Positions 58,901 through 64,000 of a stretch of DNA of 64,000 nucleotides are shown here, piece by piece (positions within the stretch are counted from its first letter, which is position 1; each line of letters begins with the position of its first letter). The position numbers were made by a program, and so were the translations under genes. The notes under the pieces are model-generated. The model was not told the origin of the DNA and searched no databases. It saw only the letters and a list, made by a program, of their open reading frames with translations. Origin of the DNA: Candidatus Micrarchaeota archaeon. GTDB lineage: Archaea; Micrarchaeota; Micrarchaeia; Anstonellales; Bilamarchaeaceae. The stretch is from the NCBI GenBank assembly GCA_038046765.1, contig JBBSVN010000012.1:32001-96000 (forward strand). Reading direction: 5' to 3'.

Positions 58901-60666
58901 TCTTTTCCCTTTTCAGGCCTTCCCATTCTTGCGCCAATATAAGATGGTGATTTAATTCTCATCGTTATACCGCTGGTTTTAGATAAAATTTCCATAACGA
59001 GGCCGCTTGGGCTAATCGTAATTGCATCATCAAATGTTATCTGATTTTCACTAGTTTTTATTATTCCAAGACTAGCGAGTATCGCATATCCATATTCTTT
59101 CTCAACTATTATTTTGTTATCCACTACACGGTGTTCTATAAGCAAGTCTTCTAATATTGGCTTTGCGTCAAGGTTTTCAAAAACTATTTGTGTTATATTT
59201 TCATTGTCTTTATCTACTCTTGCCTTTTTACATTCTAGATAAAACATTTGTAATTGTTCTATGGTAATTTCATTCCACTCGTAAGTATAATCTGGGTGAA
59301 GGGGTAATTTATGTGCTAGACAAAATTCAAAAGCAGACTTGGCATCAAATATGCTTGGCATATTAATCCCTATTGCTTCGCATTCTTTTAGGAACCATTC
59401 TACGCACCAGCTCGAGGGCATAAGTGGCATATTCGCCTTAAGAAAATCACCATAAGGAACTAACATGTCCCCAAGAGAAAGAATCTCTGCAACATCTTTG
59501 TTTATTGCATATGCCATTTCAACTGTTTTTACTTTTACCACATCTCCATTTTTCATTTTTACTATTGGCGGTTCCATTTCTTCATACCCAGTTACTACAC
59601 ATCCTTTTCCTGGATATTCTATTTTCATGTGTGTCCCATATGCTAAAAAATTATCCAGGATAATCATTGTTGCTGGATGGACATTTTTTGCCATTAAGCT
59701 GTTTGTTTTGCTTTTTCCATAGCGCAACTTGAATCCGCCTTTTCTAGAAGGATAAGAAAATACTGGTCTGCCGGCAACTAAACCATCAAGATAAGTTTCA
59801 TCCTTTTTAAGGTTCTTTTCTTCTTTATTGTCCTTTTTGAGTTTGATTAGTTTTTCTAAAAAATCCCATCCAAGTTTTAGTTTTTTTGTATACTTGAAAA
59901 CTTTTGCTGCTTTTTGCGCAATTCCCTCGCATATAACTAACGGAGTTCCTCCTCGAATTCTGTTTGTTTCAACTCCTGGGACATTTCTAAATGCGCTAAC
60001 TTCTATTTCTTCAGTAGGATCGCCATCTATGCAAACCGGGCAGTTTTTAAGTATGTGTCTTATATCTTCTTCGCTTGGTTTATACTGCAAGTGTGCAACT
60101 CGTGATTCGTACATATTTATTTCTTCAAGATATCTTTCAATCTGAGTATCTGTTGCCCTATAATCCGCAAGCTTTAATACTCGCCTTGCAATATCTGCTA
60201 AAACAACGCTTAATGCAACTGCTGTGCCTCCTGCGCTTCTAATTGGTCCGGAGTAATAAACTGCGACAAAGTCGCTTCCGTCTGGATTACTTTTTATGCG
60301 AACTTTCGCAATTCCTTCGGTAGGCGCAACCAAAACCCCTTCAGTTAATATTCCTAGACCTGTTCGTACTGCCTGCTCGATTAATTCTTCAGGTGTTCCG
60401 CGGATTATTTCTCCAGCAGCTATTTTTCTAGCTATCTCAAAAGAAATATCCTCTCTTGCCATTCCGTTTTTTTCCATATTTCGGATTGTTTCGGCAACTC
60501 CCTTTGGTCCGACAATATTTTCTACTCTTGCTGCTACGTCCTTAGCAATTTTTACTTCAACTTCACGTTCAGGATCAAAACCTTTCTTACGGGCTTCGCT
60601 GGCGTAAGCGTAAGAACGTTGAAGTTCGTTTTTTAACATTTCAAAATAAGCTTCTATTTCGGACAT
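55906..60666 (-). CDS. polC: DNA polymerase D large subunit DP2, intein-containing
   Basis: GPIRSAGGT, RMGRPEK, RRN/CDGDED, GGTMDAPL, zinc fingers, C-terminal PIP box QLGLADF. Confidence 0.97.
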   Translation of the reverse strand: MSEIEAYFEMLKNELQRSYAYASEARKKGFDPEREVEVKIAKDVAARVENIVGPKGVAETIRNMEKNGMAREDISFEIARKIAAGEIIRGTPEELIEQAVRTGLGILTEGVLVAPTEGIAKVRIKSNPDGSDFVAVYYSGPIRSAGGTAVALSVVLADIARRVLKLADYRATDTQIERYLEEINMYESRVAHLQYKPSEEDIRHILKNCPVCIDGDPTEEIEVSAFRNVPGVETNRIRGGTPLVICEGIAQKAAKVFKYTKKLKLGWDFLEKLIKLKKDNKEEKNLKKDETYLDGLVAGRPVFSYPSRKGGFKLRYGKSKTNSLMAKNVHPATMIILDNFLAYGTHMKIEYPGKGCVVTGYEEMEPPIVKMKNGDVVKVKTVEMAYAINKDVAEILSLGDMLVPYGDFLKANMPLMPSSWCVEWFLKECEAIGINMPSIFDAKSAFEFCLAHKLPLHPDYTYEWNEITIEQLQMFYLECKKARVDKDNENITQIVFENLDAKPILEDLLIEHRVVDNKIIVEKEYGYAILASLGIIKTSENQITFDDAITISPSGLVMEILSKTSGITMRIKSPSYIGARMGRPEKGKERKMDGSPNVLFPTGSQKNRSITKIYKTLRGRDERTVNLELVNRRCTSCKKLTFLSTCEICKGETIIEKKCVVCGNPVNMKIHCDKETVCFEKKPIDMIELYDSIKKKLDISVEDVKGIKGLSNLERTPELLEKGFLRAKYGVYVFRDGTMRFDASNVPLTHFKPSEAQVSIAKLRSLGYLKDYYGNELTNENQLVSLKIQDIVIPEANGEYFLQAAKFIDDLLVNVYGLAPFYNALTKQDLIGQLTACLSPHTSAAVLCRIVGFTKANLSYAHPYLISARRRNCFDGKEKILVERNGSLELTKIMDFVESNLVGKTEIDDFGTQYKLVEGVKTYAWNKKMKKFELCNITHVSKHIAPENLVKLKTKSGRRITVTPDHKFPNSKGEKVSANEVEELIIPWNLQREIIDREDMELISSLNITDAMIRTDEKLFNEEGELSQISRSFGLNYKTFTNYIYRKSYPLELVKEFRADILASKKYILGSKRDKVLLKPTIKLDEDFFYLIGFYLAEGFTKNKQIDCYQVSLTATKEWAVDIIKEKIEKVFGIKPHVNKTHITICSRYIYELFEKLKIGRNAKTKKIPDFVYSLPNKKVIALLKGYFTGDGSCSLGNTLEVNVTSINKELIDGVSILLNFFGIKHSIYEEDRYVKSSLIIKFYGRPKYIHSYKIRIYSSEAKKFIDNIGFSGLKQEKAQKLLEKWETKRKGSRTEYLGDTFIDQVIERKTIKNQDKFVYNVTVEKYHSLICSGITTYQCDGDEDSVMLLMDTLINFSRHYLTERRGGTMDAPLVLTPQLDPKEVDDEAHCIEVVNSYPKEFYEATLKYTPPTEVKLKTVKDLLGTPEQFEIQLTHTGGYIDKGNLRTAYVTFDNMADKITTQFKLQGKIRAVDAKNAAERLILSHFIPDLYGNLRSFSRQTFRCTSCNESLRRVPLSGKCNFCGGNLILTINKGGIEKYLEISEKIIADYELPDYLKQRLLLVKKEIRSIFEDEKSRQLGLADFV
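56650..58050 (-). mobile_element. 467-aa intein with LAGLIDADG homing endonuclease
   Basis: Starts CFDGKE; block B TPDH; LIGFYLAEG and LLKGYFTGDG; ends VYNVTV...TTYQ before Cys+1. Confidence 0.95.
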
Positions 60667-60772
60667 AAAATTCGTATTAACTATTATACTTAAAAATTAA
60701 TAAAAAACAAACTGATTTAGCAAAAAGCTAAGGTCGTCAAGCTTTTTAAGTATTGCTTGTTCAAATAAAAAA

Positions 60773-62395
60773 ATGACCTCATTTCTCAAACAAATTGGAT
60801 TTCCAATAGTTGCATTTATGGTCGTCATCGCCGCTTTATACATTGGTGTTTCAACTTTTACTACTCCTTCTGTTAATGAAGCTTTGAAAAATAATTCTAA
60901 TCTTACAGTAGTAAAACCCTTAGATCCACTACAAAAAAGCACTAACAATCAGGTAGATGAAAAAGTAGTTCAAAAACTAATTGGTGCAAATGCAATTACT
61001 GTTGATACTTCAAAGCAGTACCAAAAAATGCTTGGATTTGGTGGTTTTATTTCTAGGTTTGATGAACCACATATGCTTTATGGACAAGGACAAGGAAATC
61101 CAAAAGATATTGTTCCAGAACAAGAAAAAGAAAAAATACTAGATGATGTTTATTCTGACCTATATCTAAACTCGATTACGCTTGGCATTGGACCAAGGGC
61201 AAGTCCCAGTTACAACTGGCTTAGTTCCTGGGAGTTACAAAATGACAATAACGATCCACAAACTATAAATTGGAATGCTCTTAGATTCAATCGTAACTAT
61301 TATGATAACTTATTCAAAACCATACAAAATGCAGAAAAAAAGATAACTGGTCGGGGCGATAAGTTAACCTTAATTTTTAAGCATTCCTGGGGCGTTGAGA
61401 ACTGGCTTTCAAATGAAGGTGGAAATACGGTAATAAAGCCAGCATTAGAAGAGGAATATGCGGAAAATCTGGTAATATTTATTTTGTGGATAAAAAATAC
61501 CTATGGTCTTGAAGCTGATTATATCGTACCAATGAACGAACCAGATGGAGCTGGCGGTATGGGTTATGAGCAATATGCAAGGATAATTAAATACCTTGGT
61601 CCGATGCTTGAAAAATATAATCTTTCAACTAAAATTTCCGGTCCTGAAACATATCTGCCAAGTACAGCACCTAGGTATCTTAAAGCAATTGCTGCTGATC
61701 CGCAGGCAGCAAAATACCTAAAACTGATAAGTTTCCATGGCTATGATCGAGATTTATCTGTAAATATTCATGGGGACGCTAATGCAAGAAAGGAAATTGC
61801 GAACTATGCCAAAATACTTGGAGCTGATGTAATCCAAGGAGAATTAAGCGCGTGCTGCAAAGAAAATCAAAAAACTTTTTGGAATAACAAATATACTCAG
61901 GCGATGGCATGGGCAAATGATTTTTACTTTGATATTACAAATGCAAACGCCGGCGCAGTTGATATGCAGTTATCATTTTGGCAGATTGATGACCCAAGTG
62001 CTTATGTTTTAATAAAATATGATCAAAACAAAAATTACCTTGGATATGAAAAGGCTAAATTCTATTATGTTCTTGGACAATTTATAAATTACATAAAGCC
62101 AGGTATGGTAAGGATAGATGCAAAATCAGGCGATGAAAAAGTTTTGGTTAGTGCATACCAAGATAGGCAAACTAAGCAAGTTGTAATCGTTGCAATAAAT
62201 AATGCAAAAGAAACAAAGAACTTTAAAATTGGTTTTGTGCAAAGTGCTAACTCCCCAAATCAAATTAGCGTAATTCGTTCATCAGAAACTGAAAATTGGA
62301 TTGATCTTGGTTTAGTCTCTAAGAATAAAGATGGAATCTTTGAAGTTACGCTTGCGCCATCAAGTGTGACGACTTATAGTGGAATTGGGAAGTAG
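60773..62395 (+). CDS. Membrane-anchored GH30-like glycoside hydrolase
   Basis: YQKMLGFG, NEP, FHGY, QGE, YIKPGMVR, C-terminal beta domain. Confidence 0.8.
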   Translation: MTSFLKQIGFPIVAFMVVIAALYIGVSTFTTPSVNEALKNNSNLTVVKPLDPLQKSTNNQVDEKVVQKLIGANAITVDTSKQYQKMLGFGGFISRFDEPHMLYGQGQGNPKDIVPEQEKEKILDDVYSDLYLNSITLGIGPRASPSYNWLSSWELQNDNNDPQTINWNALRFNRNYYDNLFKTIQNAEKKITGRGDKLTLIFKHSWGVENWLSNEGGNTVIKPALEEEYAENLVIFILWIKNTYGLEADYIVPMNEPDGAGGMGYEQYARIIKYLGPMLEKYNLSTKISGPETYLPSTAPRYLKAIAADPQAAKYLKLISFHGYDRDLSVNIHGDANARKEIANYAKILGADVIQGELSACCKENQKTFWNNKYTQAMAWANDFYFDITNANAGAVDMQLSFWQIDDPSAYVLIKYDQNKNYLGYEKAKFYYVLGQFINYIKPGMVRIDAKSGDEKVLVSAYQDRQTKQVVIVAINNAKETKNFKIGFVQSANSPNQISVIRSSETENWIDLGLVSKNKDGIFEVTLAPSSVTTYSGIGK

Positions 62396-62464
62396 CTCAA
62401 TGCAATTATTACTATTTTTACTCTTTCTATAACATTTATAAACTGTTCCAAACAGATTAATTAT

Positions 62465-63544
62465 ATGGCGATTCACAGAAGCGATAAAGATAACGGATCC
62501 GTTCCATCAGCTTTAGCTAAGGGACAAATTGAAAAAGGAGGAAAATCAGCAATAGTTCGATTAAGAAATGAACTAAGTGCTAGCAGGGATTTACTTATTG
62601 AAGAAAGTGCTAATCTATCCGGAAGGATAAATGAATCTAGAAAAGCATTAAATGAATCCCAAGAAAGGCTTGATTTAATTAAATCCAAAAAGGACATGGA
62701 AGCAAAACTTGCAACACTAAAGGAAAAACAAAGACAACTAAGCGAAAGAATTAACGAAATTTATAGTGGAATTGCAGAAGCTTTTGGGATTATTAATATC
62801 TTTAAATGCGTCGCAGACGGAAGAGTTGATCTAATTATTCAAAGCGGAAAAGAAGACATTATAAAAGCAATTCAGATGATTAATTCTGCACTTGCAGGAC
62901 ATATGTATGCTGGTGGGGATTATGAAATTAAAAATTTAAATGGTGACATAAGATTCATACGGGGGGGTATTTTAACTAATTATTGCACCCTACTTCAAAA
63001 TGCATTATCACAAGCATCGAATTCAGAGTCTAAGCAAGCTGCTCTTCAAAGAAAATTACGGGAACATTCTACTTATCTAAGCCTTTTCGCAGAATTTGAA
63101 TCAGTTAAAAGAGAAGGTCTTGAAATAGAATCCAAACTTGCAGCCTTTACTACTTATGCTTTAGAATGGCAAAGAATAACGGGAGTAGATAAAACAGAAA
63201 AAACATTTTCTTTAATTGAAAGAATCACTAAAGCAGGAGGTATTGTCGCTGCATTTGCTGCAATTCCAGCTGCTTTTCTTGGGAGTATCGAACTTGGTGC
63301 AACTATTGCAGCTGCTGCCGGGCTAGTACCTTTAGCTACAAAACTATCTATTAAATCTCTTCGTCCAAATCCAAATCTCTTACTTGAAGAAACAGAACTT
63401 GCGCTTAGAAGTATTTCTGAAAAGCAGGTTAAAGAACTAAGAGAAGCAATCAAAGATTTAAGTGAACAAAAACGAGCACAAGTTGAAGCACTAATTTCTG
63501 AAGAAAGGTCATTACGAGAATTAAGCGATGGAAAAGCGGAATAA
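62465..63544 (+). CDS. Hypothetical coiled-coil protein with a hydrophobic hairpin
   Basis: Heptad-rich, with an Ala-rich hydrophobic segment. Confidence 0.6.
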   Translation: MAIHRSDKDNGSVPSALAKGQIEKGGKSAIVRLRNELSASRDLLIEESANLSGRINESRKALNESQERLDLIKSKKDMEAKLATLKEKQRQLSERINEIYSGIAEAFGIINIFKCVADGRVDLIIQSGKEDIIKAIQMINSALAGHMYAGGDYEIKNLNGDIRFIRGGILTNYCTLLQNALSQASNSESKQAALQRKLREHSTYLSLFAEFESVKREGLEIESKLAAFTTYALEWQRITGVDKTEKTFSLIERITKAGGIVAAFAAIPAAFLGSIELGATIAAAAGLVPLATKLSIKSLRPNPNLLLEETELALRSISEKQVKELREAIKDLSEQKRAQVEALISEERSLRELSDGKAE

Positions 63545-63582
63545 ACGAAAACCTTAAATAACACGTAATACACATATATTAT

Positions 63583-63810
63583 GTGATAAATATGGTAAAC
63601 CTAACATTAACCGTACCCTCTGACTTAAAAAATCAGATGAACGAGTTTCCGGAAATAAACTGGAGCGAAGTAGCAAGACAATCAATTAGTTTAAAAATAC
63701 AAGAGCTTTTACTCGTCCGTTCAATACTAGCTAAAAGCCAGTTGACAGAAGATGATGCAATAAAAATAGGAGAAAAAATAAAGACTGCAATTGCAGAGAA
63801 ACACAAGTAG
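63583..63810 (+). CDS. Putative ribbon-helix-helix antitoxin
   Basis: NLTLTVP...INWSEVAR. Confidence 0.75.
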   Translation: MINMVNLTLTVPSDLKNQMNEFPEINWSEVARQSISLKIQELLLVRSILAKSQLTEDDAIKIGEKIKTAIAEKHK

Positions 63811-63819
63811 GCGAACATT

Positions 63820-64000
63820 GTGCACCTTATCGTTGATACGAATATAATAATTTCTGCATTAATAAGAAGGGCAATAACCTATGAAATAATTAAAATAGGA
63901 AATTTACACATTTATGTTCCCGAGCATTCAATACAAGAAATCGAAAGAAACAAACAAGAAATAATCGATAAGATGAAAGTATCTGCTGACGAATTTCAAA
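63820..64000 (+). CDS. PIN domain protein, truncated by the window end
   Basis: GTG start, HLIVDTNIIISALI...VPEHSIQEIE. Confidence 0.8.
   Translation, partial: MHLIVDTNIIISALIRRAITYEIIKIGNLHIYVPEHSIQEIERNKQEIIDKMKVSADEFQ

Noticed and set aside
209..63818. Many short antisense or overlapping ORFs in the track (e.g. 7531-8061, 9112-9654, 43198-43731, 63154-63573)
   Set aside because: Shadow frames of well-supported genes with no recognisable motifs

Overview
This is an AT-rich archaeal window. Archaeal markers include PolD large subunit DP2 with an intein, Orc1/Cdc6, Rad50, BHB-type tRNA introns, C/D box sRNAs and GGTGA ribosome-binding sites. The gene style suggests a DPANN lineage such as Micrarchaeota (inference). 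Housekeeping and metabolic genes: lipA plus an LplB fragment, kbl/tdh, proB/proA/proC, mscL, an ABC transporter, a VOC/SRPBCC cluster, several TA-like pairs and secreted proteins. The most notable locus is 37064-48420. It is an Ehr-type (hydrogenase-4/complex I-related) membrane complex with no recognisable redox-cofactor ligands: the NuoB-like subunit has no cysteine, the large subunit lacks both NiFe CxxC motifs, and there is no ferredoxin subunit. It is flanked on both sides by three unusual tandem-domain beta-carbonic-anhydrase-like genes, making it a candidate energy-coupled CO2/HCO3- system. Features missing from the ORF track: three C/D box guide RNAs (one with a 77-nt structured insertion, predicted to target 16S C1402 and the 16S 3' end), a two-intron tRNA-Ile(UAU), tRNA-Ala(UGC) and two small ORFs. 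All calls come from reading motifs by eye; no database searches were run.
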